Assembly (NCBI RefSeq): GCF_006345805.1 | Contig: NC_043009.1 | Location: 7,688,001 to 7,752,000 of the forward strand | DNA: 64,000 bases | Direction of reading: 5' to 3' | DNA from: Octopus sinensis | Lineage: Eukaryota | Shown: piece after piece, positions 40,085 through 52,725 of the stretch | Layout: the number at the start of each line of letters is the position of its first letter | Numbering within the stretch: the stretch's first letter is position 1 | Made by a program: the position numbers and the translations under genes | Notes under the pieces: generated by a model | Seen by the model: the letters and a program-made list of their open reading frames with translations, nothing else | What the model was told of the DNA's origin: nothing | The model's database searches: none

Positions 40085-40287
40085 AAACTTTGGCACAAGG
40101 CTAACAATGTCGGTAGAGGGGTAAGTCGATTACATCTATCCAGGTACTCAACTGGTATTTATTTCATCGACCACGAAAGGATGAAACGTAAAGTCGACTT
40201 CAATGGAATTTGAACTCAGAACGTGAAGGCGGACGAAATGCTAAGTATTTTGCCCGGCATGCTAACGATTCTGCCAGCTCACCGCCA
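40085..40287 (-). mobile_element. SINE family B
   Basis: ATTTGAACTCAGAACG and GATTCTGCCAGCTCACCGCC homology. Confidence 0.85.
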
Positions 40288-40298
40288 TATTTTAGAGC

Positions 40299-40354
<56 letters not shown>

Positions 40355-40356
<2 letters not shown>

Positions 40357-40902
40357 GCCCTGATGCAGTACCAGGCAGTGGCTCTCGTGGCTTCTGATCT
40401 TAACTGATTGGAAGTGTTATCATGTACATTGTTTTGTCTTGGTATAAAAGATGGGCTACAGCAAATATTCTGCTCAATACCACAGATTTGCTTGTCAGTT
40501 GTTTGGCCTTAACCAGTTTAGCACGTCCCTTAGTGGCTGACGATATGTGCATCTCTGATCACGAGCAGAAGTAGTGGGGGAGCATCATAGCCATTTGCTG
40601 AGAGGGATTCTTTGGGGTTTGAATAATTCACCTCTGGAAACATGGGTGTTTCGTTCAACATCCTTAAACAACCCTTATTCAGGGTCCGTTTGAGCGGGAT
40701 GGGTTACTCGACCAGAATTCTAACTGGACCCCACCTGCAAGGTCATGTACTGTTTATCTTGATATGAGATCACCATGTCACGCACAAATGGTTGTGATGC
40801 ATGTGCCTAGTGTACCCTTATCAGACGGGTAGTCATGATGGGTATACTGGGCTTCGTATATTTTACCCCAGTGTCACTTTGATGGCATGAACTGCTCTCT
40901 CA

Positions 40903-40905
<3 letters not shown>
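40355..40905 (+). mobile_element. ~550 bp non-coding interspersed element flanked by (TAA)n on both sides
   Basis: Complex sequence between two (AAT)n tracts, ending ACTG(AAT)n. A 123 bp near-identical piece recurs at 9021-9143. Confidence 0.7.
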
Positions 40906-40962
<57 letters not shown>

Positions 40963-40984
40963 TAATATAATAATAATAGTAATA

Positions 40985-41035
<51 letters not shown>

Positions 41036-41096
41036 CAACCACAACAACATCGAAAAATACCTTAGGAATGATAACCTATGTTCGAAATTTCCCCAA

Positions 41097-41142
41097 GACA
41101 CCTGATGAAGGCTGGAGGGTATATCAGCCGAAACGTTGTGTT
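41097..41142 (+). ncRNA. Minimal type I hammerhead ribozyme motif (Penelope-type), within a PLE-terminus-like fragment at ~41050-41190
   Basis: GACAC-CUGAUGA-A-GGCUG(GAGGGUAUAU)CAGCC-GAAA-CG-UU-GUGUU: helix I GACAC/GUGUU, intact core, 5-bp helix II, palindromic ACGU helix III. Confidence 0.7.
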
Positions 41143-41524
41143 AACAAACAAGATGAGGACAAATATCCGTCAAATGTAAATAATGTAAGTAAAGAGAGTA
41201 AGTTACAGAAAAGCACAAGAAGAAATACACAGAAAATGCAGCAAATACCATAACGGTTATAAAATATAAATCATACATAAAGAGAATTATATGGAAAAAA
41301 AACTTGAACTATATATAGAAAACGTGAACGTATCAAAATCGTCGTAAAACTGAACAGAAAATGCATTCTGCCGAGCCACAAAATAACACAAATAATATTA
41401 GACAAAAGCACTAAAATTTTAAAAAAGTGTTGTTATCGATAGTAAACCAGAAGTATGTAAGACTTCGTACAAAAAAATGTACTGCTAGTAGTGTATTCAA
41501 TGCCTCGAAAAGAAGAGCAGTTCC

Positions 41525-41570
<46 letters not shown>

Positions 41571-41707
41571 TGCGCCCGTATATGTACATATCTATGTGTG
41601 TGTGTATGTGTGCATATGTGTGCGTGTTTGAGTCTGTGTGCATGCTTATATGTACGAATATATGTATATGTATATATATATATCTATGTGTGTGTGTATG
41701 TTATACG

Positions 41708-41756
<49 letters not shown>

Positions 41757-42259
41757 ATATATATAAATATTATATATAGATATATATATATATTTATATA
41801 TGTATGCATGTATGTATATATACATATATGCATATATGTATATGAATATATATATATATAATGTACATATAACTGTCTATATATTATAGATCTGTATATG
41901 TGTGGGTATATATATACCTATATATATGTATATATGTGTCTGTGTGTATAATATATGTATATATATATATATATGTATATATGCACATATATATATATGT
42001 ATGTATGCATGTATGTATGTATGCATGCATGTAAGTATGCATGTATGTATGTATGCATGTATGTATGTATGTATGTATGTATGTTTGTATGTATGTATGC
42101 ATGCATGTATGTATTATGTATGTATTTTGTAAGTATGTATGCATGTATGTATGTATGCTTGCATGTAAGTATGTATGTATGTATGCATGTATGCATGTAT
42201 GTATGTATGTATGTATATATGTATGCATGTATGTACGAATGTATGTATGTATATATGTA

Positions 42260-42290
<31 letters not shown>

Positions 42291-42355
42291 GTATGTATGT
42301 ATGTATGTATGCATGTATGTATGTATGTATGTATGTATGCATGTATGTATGTATA
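41525..42355 (+). repeat. Compound (TG)n/(TA)n/(TATG)n microsatellite
   Basis: Directly visible. Confidence 0.96.
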
Positions 42356-43920
42356 AAATACGAGTCGTGGCCTTGTACCAAAGTTAGAAATCGTTATTAC
42401 GTTTTCCTCAAGAGAAGAAGGGAAAATTACTTTTCTATTGGTTTGTTAGAAGTTATGAAATGAAAATCTAACAACAACAAAGAAAAGCAGCCGACAAAAA
42501 AAAAGTTGTACTGAAACTGAAACGAAGACAGATAAAAGCGAACAAAGAAATTGGCAATTGGTAGTTCTCTAAATAACCATTGTGAGTTTGGTTACAAGTT
42601 TTATTTGAGAATGGTTTTTAATATAACTCTATCAACTTTGCCGCTTGGGTGAATATTAGTGTGTGATGAGACAAAATGGTGAAGTATGGGAAAGTTACTG
42701 AAAACCGAAAGAGGCGGGTGGGGGTTAATGAATAAAGAATAAGAAGAAGAAAAAATACGAATGAAAGAAGGAGATAAAGTGAAAGGAAGGAAGAAACAAG
42801 CAAATGAAAAGAGAGATGTAAAGGAAGAAGAGAAGAAAGAAGAAAGAAAGAATAGAGAGAAAGGAAGCGGAAAGGAAAAAGAACAGGAAGAAAGAAAAAC
42901 AAATGCAAAAACATAGGTAAAAAGAAATTTATATAAATATTGGTGAAAAACAGTTATCAAAATGGAGAATGTGTGTTTGTAGCTATTGTTGTTCTTATTA
43001 TTGTTATTGTACTTGCTTCTGTTGCTGCTGCTGTTGTTGTTATTCTTGTTTAAAGTTCAATGTTTTTATTTAGCGCTTCAATATTGTGCCACCTTCGTAA
43101 GGGGGTTGCTGTTATAGCTCTTACCAGTGGGATATTCAGCATTTCAAGTTTTCACTACGGGGAATGTTGTAATTTTGTTTGTAATAGAGAGTAACTTAAA
43201 ATATGATTATTTCCCTGTCTGCCTTTTATCAACATTTCTTGCATTTTTGTACAACATTTCAAGAATTGCATAAGAATATTATGTTTTTATATACTATGCC
43301 AAGAAGGAAATACATCTTTTTGATGTGCTGACGTAAGAGACAATAGTTTCGATAGCAGACTAAATATTAATGACTTTAAGAATGCAGTGTTTGTTTCGTT
43401 ATGCAACCATGATACACTTTAAAGTATATTAAACGTTTTTATAAGTCAATACCATGTTTTACTGTGTTAGCACCTTAACAAGTGAGATAACCTTATCAAG
43501 TGAACAGACTAAATATATTGATAACTTTGATATCCTTTCTTTCATACTCCAGATATATTAGGAGAATGTAGAAGAGATTCTTTTTTTTTTTTCTAAACGT
43601 GTGGACATGCCTGTACTTGAACTACTTTCCGTAAAACTTGGGTAATTTCTAGTATTTCCTTCTGTTAATGATACATGCGCTTCATAGACTAGTGCATATG
43701 CCTGCTGGAATACTGTTGTAGCATTCAGATGTTGACGGAATCCTTAGAGCGTCGATAAAAATGCCTTTATAGTTTGGATTAAAATCCCACCAAGATCAAC
43801 ATTGCCGTTCATCTCTCCAAGGTCGATAAAATAGAGTACTCCTCTAGTACTAGGGCCTATAGTAACGGCTAACATTTTACCCTTCAAAATTGCTGGTCTG
43901 GTTCCTAAAACAGAAACCAA

Positions 43921-43988
<68 letters not shown>

Positions 43989-43999
43989 TATTATTATTC

Positions 44000-44044
<45 letters not shown>

Positions 44045-44058
44045 CATTATTATTATTA

Positions 44059-44411
44059 TTACCACCGCGGAGGTATTGTTTTCAGTTGTGTTTGTTTGCC
44101 TGTCCTTGGACAAGATATCTCAAGAACCGCTGGATGGATTCGGATGAAACTTTCAGGGATGTTTGGCCACATAACTGGCACGAATCGATTAGATTTTGGA
44201 ATCGATCCGGTACCGGACAAGGATTCTGGATTATCCTCCCTGTTTTTTTACTTAATTTTTGAGAGAGGTCGGGTTCATTTTTAATATTCTCGTTTGTGAG
44301 AACAGTCGAGTTTATTTCAGATATTCTCATTTTAAAGATCATCTCTGACTAATCGTTGAGGGGACGTTTGTGTTGACTTGGCGGACGTTTGCGCTCTCTG
44401 AGTGCTCTTGT
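44059..44411 (+). mobile_element. Non-autonomous rolling-circle (Helentron-associated/HINE-like) element
   Basis: Starts TTATTACCACCGC..GGAGG, contains GATGGATTCGGATGAAACTTTCAGG and GATCCGG motifs, ends TTGGCGGACG then hairpin GCGCTC-TCT-GAGTGC (44391-44405) and a T-rich end. Confidence 0.6.
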
Positions 44412-44479
44412 TGTTGTTGTTATTGTCGTTGTTGTTGTTGTTGTTGTTGTCGTCGTCGTCGACGTCGTTGTTGTTGTTG

Positions 44480-44992
44480 TTGTTTTTATTGTAATGTGCC
44501 TTCAATATTTGGTAGATTTAGACAAATTTCTACTGCATCACCTACTACACCTCCGTGTTGCTACGGTGTGTGCCGTATTGTGTGTTCTTTGCTGCTGTTG
44601 GAAGTGTCCGAACTCTTCCCGTTACTGTATTGTGTTAGCATAGGATATGGGCAGTTCCCATGAGCACTATCTTTTGAATTTCTGCCATTTTGGGGTTTCC
44701 TGGTATCTGAGTTAGGTAGCAATCAGCCCCTTTTGCTATCATTCCCAGGGTACCTATGACAACAGGTATTGTTTTAGTCTTCAGGTTCCACATTTTGCTA
44801 ATTTCTATTTCAAGATCTTTAAACTTACTCAGTTTTTTGGTAGGTCTTGACAGATACGTTTATATCGATTGGGACAGTCATATCAATGAGAAGGCATGAT
44901 TTTTGCCTGAAATCTTTCAGTATGATGTCTGGCCTATTTGCAGCGATCTTTCTGTCAGTTTGAATGGTGAAGTTCCAGAGGAGTGAGACGTG
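44480..44992 (-). mobile_element. 5'-truncated 3' end of an R4/Dong-type element (endonuclease C-terminus and 3' UTR)
   Basis: Minus strand reads LLWNFTIQTDRKIAANRPDIILKD...LLIDMTVP...(frameshift)LSKFKDLEIEISKMWNLKTKTIPVVIGTLG...EIQKIVLMGTAHIL. Confidence 0.9.
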
Positions 44993-45009
44993 AATTTATT
45001 ATCATTATC

Positions 45010-45803
45010 ATTGTTGTTGTTGTTGTTGTTGTTGTAGTGGTGGTGGTGGTGTGGTGGTGGTGGTGGTGGTGGTGGTGATAGTTGTTGTTGCTGTTGTTGT
45101 TGTTGTTTATTGTTATTTTAAAAGTGGTGGTGGTGGTGGTGGTGGTGGTGGTGGTGGTGGTGGTGGTGGTGATAGTTGTTGTTGCTGTTGTTGTTGTATA
45201 TTGTTATTTGAAAAAGTGCACGTATGTACGAGTGTACGTGCATGTGTGTATATATATATATATATATATGAGTATGCCCATACGCGCTTCGGTGTGAGTG
45301 GATATTATACATCCGTACATGCAAGCATGTATGCAAGTACGTCTCCGTGCATGAATGTGAATAAACGCTTGTGTATGTAAACATGTTTGTGTATATGCAA
45401 GTGCATACTTGCACGGAGTATGACCGTAAGTTTGTGCACGTGCTTATACGCATGAATGTAAATGTATGCGTATGCGTATGAAAGAGAGTGTGTGTGTGTG
45501 TGTGTGTATGAGAAAGAGAGAGAGCGTGTGTGTGCATATGTATGTGTGTGTGTGCGTGCGAGTTTGCGTGTCTGTGTGTGTGTCTGTGTGTGTGTGTGTG
45601 TGTCTGTGTGTGTGTGTGTGCATCGGTATGTGTATGCGTATGCCTGTGCGTGTGTTTCCGTGAGATGTGACGTGTTGTTTGCTAACAGTAAATGTTCAGA
45701 TGAACTAAAATGGCAGTTTCAGGAAAGGTCTTTAGTGAAATATCAAAGACATGTAATATTGTCAACAACACTTCTTTATTGTTTATTCAGACCGGATGAC
45801 GTA

Positions 45804-45836
<33 letters not shown>

Positions 45837-45902
45837 GACGACGACGACGACGACGACGTCAACGATCATCATCATCATCATGATGACGACGACGACGACG
45901 AC

Positions 45903-45933
<31 letters not shown>

Positions 45934-46640
45934 GCGATAATGATGGCGATGATGATGGCGATGATGATGATCACGATGATTATGGTCATCACATCATGGT
46001 GGTGGTGGTGTGGAGGAGGAGGAGGAGGAGGAGGAGAAGGTGGGGCTGTGGTAGCGGTGATAATGGTGATGATGATGATGATGATGATGATGAAATCGAT
46101 GTGGAGTCGAATGGGGAGGAGGAAGAGGACGACACGACGACGGCTACGACGATAATCATAATGACGTGGGCGACGAAAACGACGACGATGACCGTGTTGA
46201 TAATGGTGGTGATGATGATGATGATGATGATGAGGAGGAGGAGGAGGGGAGGGGGAGGGGGAGGGGGAGGAGGATCATGATGACGATGACGAGGATGATA
46301 AAGAGAAACGTGATGTAGCTGCACTAGCTACTGGTGATAGCCAAGGAAAAATTAATGTTTTTTTTTATATAACTTATATATTTCATCATCATCATCATTA
46401 TCATCATCATCATCATCACCATCATCATCATTATTATGCTTATGACAATGACGACGACGACGGCGACGAAGACGACGACGATGACGACGACGACGACGAT
46501 GATGACGATGATGATGATGATGATGATGATGATGACGATGATGATGATGATGATGATGATGATGACGATGATGACGATGATGACGATGATGGTGATGATG
46601 ATGATGATGACGATGATGATGACAGCGATGATGATGTTAT
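45010..46640 (+). repeat. Large compound microsatellite (GTT/GGT, TG, GAT/GAC/GGA, CAT)
   Basis: Directly visible. Confidence 0.95.
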
Positions 46641-47243
46641 ATTTTGTGTTATTCATTTACGCTCCATTGAACACGTCGCCTTGATTCTTTTTCATATTGT
46701 TGTTGTTACTGGTATCGTAGTTGTTGTCGTTGATGTGGTAGTAGGTTTTGTATTCTTCTTCTTCTTCTTGTGGTTAATGTGGTAGTAGGTTTTTGTTGTT
46801 GTTGTTGTTGTTGCAATTTAATATTTTGCCTCATTTAAAAAAAAAAGAATTTTTTTTAATGTTCGTATTTTCACTTGACTGAACACATTGAAACATTATT
46901 CTTGCTGTTGATGTTGCTGTTGTTGCTGTTGTTAGTGTGGTTGTTATTGTTTTTGCTGTTGATGTTGTTAGTGTTGTTATTGTTGTTGTGTTCGCTATTG
47001 TTCTTGCTTGCATTGAGGTAATTTCGTATGCGTCTGTATATGAATACACGTATACAGACACACATACACATAGGGAAACATGCATACACCCATACATGCG
47101 CCTAGATACAATATAAACATGCATACATATATATATAAATAAAATATATACATACATATATATGTAAAACAATTTAGATTCAAATGAATACATATATATG
47201 TATATATACATCTTTATATATATATATATATGTATATTTATAT

Positions 47244-47297
<54 letters not shown>

Positions 47298-47724
47298 TAT
47301 ATATATATATATACACGAATGTTGCATATATATGTACGCATGCATTGACAAATACATACACACACATGTATCTACATACACATACATGAACACAAATCCG
47401 CACATGCATATATACTGACACAGATACGCACAAACATATACACGTATATAAATATACACTCGCAGCTGAATGTGCATGTATATTCACGTATGTAGGAGGT
47501 GCATTCCAGATGTTTTGACTTTTTCGGGAGAGACATTTATTAATTTCAAACAAGGACAAAGCCTTAATCTCCTTCAAAGTAGAATCCGCTGATTTCAATG
47601 GACGTGTTGTAGCAATCCCGTCAGTTCTTGAACGCCCCATAGAAACCTTCTAACGTGAAGGTGTCCATACACTTGTCACAGCCCCATTCATCTTCTTTAT
47701 CTTAAGAAACAGCCGAAAGTTACG

Positions 47725-48360
47725 ATTACAGGTAAGTTCACTGCCATCGATTTACCACGGAGAAAGTTCACCGACATCAATTCACCGCGGGACATGTTCA
47801 CCCCCATCAATTCACCGCGTGGAAAGTTTACCGACATAAACTCACCGCGGGTAATGTTCACCGACATTAATTCACCGCGTGGAAGGTTCACCAACATCAA
47901 TTTACCGCAGAGAAAGTTCACCGACATCAATTCACAGACATAAACTCACCGCAGGAAAGGTTCACCGACATCAATTCACCACCATCAATTCACCGAGAGG
48001 AAAGGTCACCGACATCAGTTCACCGCGGGGATGGTTCACCGACATCAGTTCACCGCCGAGAAGGTTCACCGACTTCAATTCAGCACGGAAAAAGTTCACC
48101 GACATTAATTCACCGCAGGCAAAGTTCACCGATATCAATTCACCACCATCAATTCACCGCAGGCAAAGTTCACCGATATCAATTCACCGCAGAGAAAGTT
48201 CACCGACATCAATTCACCGCGTGGAAGGTTCACTGCGACGGAAGTTTACAGAAGAAATATATCCATAGTATCTCATCATTAATATTTTTTAAATATCTTA
48301 TTGAAAAAAAACGGTGAATTGATTCGTGGTCAACTTTCTCTGCGGTGAAATGACGATGGT
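47725..48360 (+). repeat. 30 bp minisatellite (~17 units) plus an inverted unit
   Basis: Unit AAGTTCACCGACATCAATTCACCGCGGGGA across 47725-48240; reverse-complement unit at 48312-48356. Confidence 0.9.
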
Positions 48361-48369
48361 GAGCTTATC

Positions 48370-48760
48370 GGGCATGAAAAGTCACAGGGAGCAAGACCTG
48401 GACTGTAGGGAGGGTTGAGGGACAGTTTTGAAGCCCATCCCTGCCAAGTAGTTGGTTACCAGCATGGAAATTCTGACTGGTGCATTGTCCTTGTGTAGAT
48501 GTTCTGGCTTTTTTGCGAAGAAATCTCTCCTTGAACTCCTTCAAGACCTCCACAGAATATTCTTTGTCGCCGTCTGGTTAGAGAGAACCAAGTGGACGCA
48601 GACGATGTCCTTGCTGTCAAATAAAAGCATCGTCAAAAACTTCCCGGCGCACTTTTTTTGCCTGGCCTCTTTTTTTGCCAGCAAAAAGAAAAAAGATGCT
48701 CGATTCACACAAGTTAGTCCATGGCCAGTCTGGAGCACTTGATATGTTTCTGTAGCATGC
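48370..48760 (-). mobile_element. Mariner transposase relic (catalytic DD34D region)
   Basis: Minus-strand pieces ARQKKCAGKFLTMLLFDSKDIV, EVLKEFKERFLRK, LHKDNAPV, LVTNYLAGMGFKTVPQP and, after a frameshift, PYSPGLAPCDF (for YSPDLAP). Confidence 0.85.
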
Positions 48761-49615
48761 TTGCCCAGTTTAATACAAAACTTTATTACAAAACTTTATT
48801 ACATCTCCACTGCATTCTGCAAACTAGTCAGCTGTGACAAGTAGTGTTTAGTCGAATGTGTTCAAAGTGCTGTTACAGTCATCTCCTTCAAACTCGATTA
48901 TCAAAAGTTGGCAGGTCAGCTTATTAGATAAACCAAAATTAATCTAAGACAGTTATAACTGCCTCTCTTCTCAGAAAAAAATTGTCCCAAGATATGTGTA
49001 TTTATGTATATGTATGTGACGTATATGTGTATACGTATGTATATGGGAAGTATATGTGTATCATGTGTGCAGACACAACCTCGGAGCCGCTCAAGTTTTG
49101 TAACAGTAATTTCTACTAAGAGAAACTATGGAAGCCCGACCGTCCCATAGATAGTTAAGACTATCTATTCCCGATGATGATGATGATGATGATGATGATA
49201 ATGATGATGATGATGATGATCATCATCATCATCATCATCATCATCATCGTCGTCGTCGTCGTCATCGTCATGGCGACGACGATGAAGGTTATGTAGGTAG
49301 TGATGATTATGAAAACTGTGCCGGTGGTAGTAGAGTCCGTGGTGTGGTGCAAGGGATGTTGATAGTGACGGCGTGCTGGGTACGTAGAAAGGATAGGGGG
49401 GCGCGGGGGTTCTACGGATGGTAGCGGTGTTTTGTAGCCATGTTGTTGCAGTTTGGTATTTATGGTGTAACGGCATTAATGATGGGAATGATTATGGCGT
49501 CGGAAGAGGGGACAGTTTCTGGTGTTGGCGTAAGTGGTGGCTTTGTTCGTACTTTGATGCTGTTATTGTTGTTCTTTATGTCGTTGATCTTTGTTGCTGC
49601 TGCTGCTGCTGCTGC

Positions 49616-49680
<65 letters not shown>

Positions 49681-49744
49681 CTGATGGAAATACAAGATGG
49701 TAAAAGAATATTTGTTTTTAATGATTATTTTCTTTCCGCCATTA

Positions 49745-49778
49745 ATTTCTTAAATCATTATCATTATTGTTATTATTA

Positions 49779-49831
<53 letters not shown>

Positions 49832-49849
49832 ATCATCATCATTATTAAA

Positions 49850-49911
<62 letters not shown>

Positions 49912-50036
49912 CATTATTATTATCATTGTTATTATTATATTATTATTATTATTATATTATTATTATTATTATTATTATTATCATTATTATTATCATTATT
50001 ATTATATTATTATTATTATTTATTATTATTATTATT
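49745..50036 (+). repeat. (ATT)n tract at the 3' junction of the R4/Dong element
   Basis: Directly visible. Confidence 0.98.
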
Positions 50037-50139
50037 CAGTAGTTTTATTTTTATTTTTATAGCGTGCTTTCACTTCACTACCGAGCGCAGCTCTGTGTGC
50101 CTTGGGTATGTGCTGTGATTTGTTGTGATGCTCTGATGG

Positions 50140-50953
50140 TTATTGTATGGAAAGTGTTCTGCGTAGGATGTGTGCAGTGCCTAGTAGTGCAATTTTCTGT
50201 ATGTTATATGTGTTTGTAAGTCCTGGTGTTTTTGTTATGTATTTGTCTGAATATTTTTTTATCATGCCTAATGCACCTACTATGATAGGAATTGTTTCTG
50301 TTTTCAGATTCCACATTCTAGTTACCTCTATTTCCAGGTCTTTGTATTTTGAGAGTTTCTCCATTTCTTTTAGAGACACGTTGTCATCTGCCGGTACTGA
50401 TACATCAATTAGAAAGCATTTTTTTTTTTCATGGTCTCTGACAACTATATGGTCTGTTGGCCTTAATTTCTCTATCTGTGTGTATCGGCATATCCCAGAG
50501 TATGGTTGCTTTCTCGTTTTCTGTGACCTTTTCTGGTGTGTGCCTATACCATCTTTTTTCTGTTGTTATTCCATAATGTTGGCATAGCTTCCAATGTATG
50601 TAAGGTCCAACTCTGTCATGTCTGTGAATATATTCCTTCTTAGCCAGGACTGGGCAGCTAGAGATAATATGATTTATTGTTTCTTGTCCATCTCCACATA
50701 TTCTGCAGTTACTTGTAATATTTCTTTTCATTACATGTTTTTGGTAATTTCTGGTGGGGAGGCTTTGGTCTTGTGCTGCAATTAAAAATCCCTCTGTTTC
50801 TGCTTTGAGTCCTGAGCTTCTCAACCATTGCTGGGATTTTTCTTTGTCTATTTCTTTTGCGTTTAGTTTAGTCCAGTATTTACCATGAAGGGGCTTTTCT
50901 TGCCATCGTTTTATCATGGTTCGTTGCTGTTCTATTTTTAGTTTGGATTTCAT
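50140..50953 (-). pseudogene. CCHC zinc knuckle and restriction-like endonuclease segment of the R4/Dong element, split by a frameshift
   Basis: ORFs 50429-50953 (LIAAQDQSL, CRICG..H..C, RHDRV, LWDMPI) and 50140-50379 (KLSKYKDL, IPIIVGALG, GTAHILR). An apparent 2-nt deletion near 50448 removes the D of the PD motif. Confidence 0.92.
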
Positions 50954-51384
50954 TTTTTTTATAGCTTTTGTTGTTTCTTCATCTTCTTCTTCTTCTTCAT
51001 GTTTATTAGGTGGTATGATTTCTTGTTTGTATTTGTCAGCTTCCTTAAATACTGAGAACAGTTTTTTGTTTTGCTCGTGTTTTGCCGCTATCTGGATCAG
51101 TTTTCCTTCCTTCTGAAGTAGATATTTTTGCAGTCCTATGGTGGTTATTTTATAGTAGTTTTCCAGCTGTATAAGGCCTCTACCACCTTCTATACGTTGT
51201 ATATATAGTCTTTCTATGTCAGATTTTGGTGATGCATCCTAGATCCTGTCATTATTTTTCTTGTTTTCCTGTCTATTTTGGTCAGTTCATTTCGTGTCCA
51301 GTTAAGGATATTGTAGCTGTAACTTATAACTGGGACAGCTAAAGTGTTGATACCTATTATCTTTTTTAGCATTGAGCTCTGTGT

Positions 51385-52725
51385 TTAGTATTGATCTAAC
51401 TCGTCTATAATATTCTTTTTTATTTTCTCTTTCATTTGTGTGTGTTGTGTCTTATCTAGTTCATGGATTCCTAAGTATTTGTAAGTTTGGCTTTGGTCTA
51501 ATTCTTTTATTTCATTTGCTTCATCTAGTGTGATGTTGTTACTCTTAACTAGTTTTCCTCTTTTCATGGTTACTTTGGCGCATTTTTCTAATCCAAATTT
51601 CATATCTATTTCTTTGGTAAATCCATGAACTGTCTTTAATAGTGTTTCCAGCTGTTTGTCATTTGCAGCGTATAGTTTTAGGTCATCCATATATAAAAGG
51701 TGGCTGATCGTTTTGCCGTAACATTTATATCCGCATCCAGTTCTATTTAGCATATCAGATAGAGGTGACAGTGCCAAGCAGAAAAGGAGTGGAGAGAGCG
51801 TATCTCCCTGGAATATTCCTCTTCTAATGGGGATGTCTTTGGTTTTCATGAGTCCCTCTTTTGTTTGGAGGTGTAGGACTGTTTGCCATTTATTCATAGA
51901 GTGCTCTATGAATTTTATGATTGTTGGTGCTACTTTGTTAATGGCTAGTGTTTCGAGGATCCATGTGTGGGGGATGCTATCAAACGCCTTTTTGTAGTCA
52001 ATCCAGGCCATACTGAGGCCTTTCTTCTTTCTGTGGCTGTCTTCAGTTATGGCTTTATTAATCATTAGTTGATCTTTACAGCCATATGAGCCTTTGCGGC
52101 ATCCTTTCTGCTCTTCTGGGAACAGTTTGTTTTCGTCCAGGTGCTTGTTCAGCCTTTGTGATATCACTGCAGTAAATGCCTTGAACATAGTAGGGAGGCA
52201 GGTTATTGGTCTGTAGTTTTCTGGTTTTTCTGTTTCATTTGATTTGGGAATTAAGATGGTTTTCCCCTTCGTGAGCCATTCAGGCATTGTCTCTGGCTCT
52301 GCTAGTACGTTGTTAAAGTTTTCAGCCAGCTTTTTGTGCATTCCTGTTAGATATTTCAACCAGAAGTTGGGGATCTTGTCATGCCCAGGTGCCTTCCAGT
52401 TGCTTAGTCTTTGCAGTGCCTGGGTGACCTCTTCAGTTGTTATGGGGGTCCAAATTTGTTCAGATGCCGAGTTTGTTATTTTGATACTCCTTTTTTTTGG
52501 TGGTTCGTTCGCCGACCATATTTCTCCCCAGAATTCTTCCAATTCTTCTGCCGTTGGTGCTGCAGTGACTTCTATTTTATTTTTGCCCAGTTCTTGGTAG
52601 AACTTTTTGGGGTTGGAGTTGAACTTTTTGTTTTCTTCAAAGAAGCGTTGGCGTTTCTTGTACCGGCGGATCCTTTGTGCTTTGGCAAGGATATCTTGCT
52701 TCAGCTTTTCTTTTATTTCAGGCAA
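51385..52725 (-). pseudogene. Reverse transcriptase domain segment of the R4/Dong element (446 aa open stretch)
   Basis: ORF contains KAPGHDKIPNFWLK, YRPITCLPTMFK, EQKGCRKG, WIDYKKAFDSIPH, RRGIFQGDTLSPLLF, HLLYMDDLKLYA, FGLEKC and YKYLGI. It ends by frameshift in an A-run near 51420. Confidence 0.95.

Noticed and set aside
46831-47640. Non-repetitive N-terminal part of a minus-strand ORF (MGRSRTDG...WNAPPT)
   Set aside because: No recognisable motif, weak splice signals, and it runs into microsatellite.
49147-49168. 9 bp inverted repeat ATAGATAGT/ACTATCTAT
   Set aside because: Short and AT-rich; may be a rolling-circle element end but cannot be supported here.
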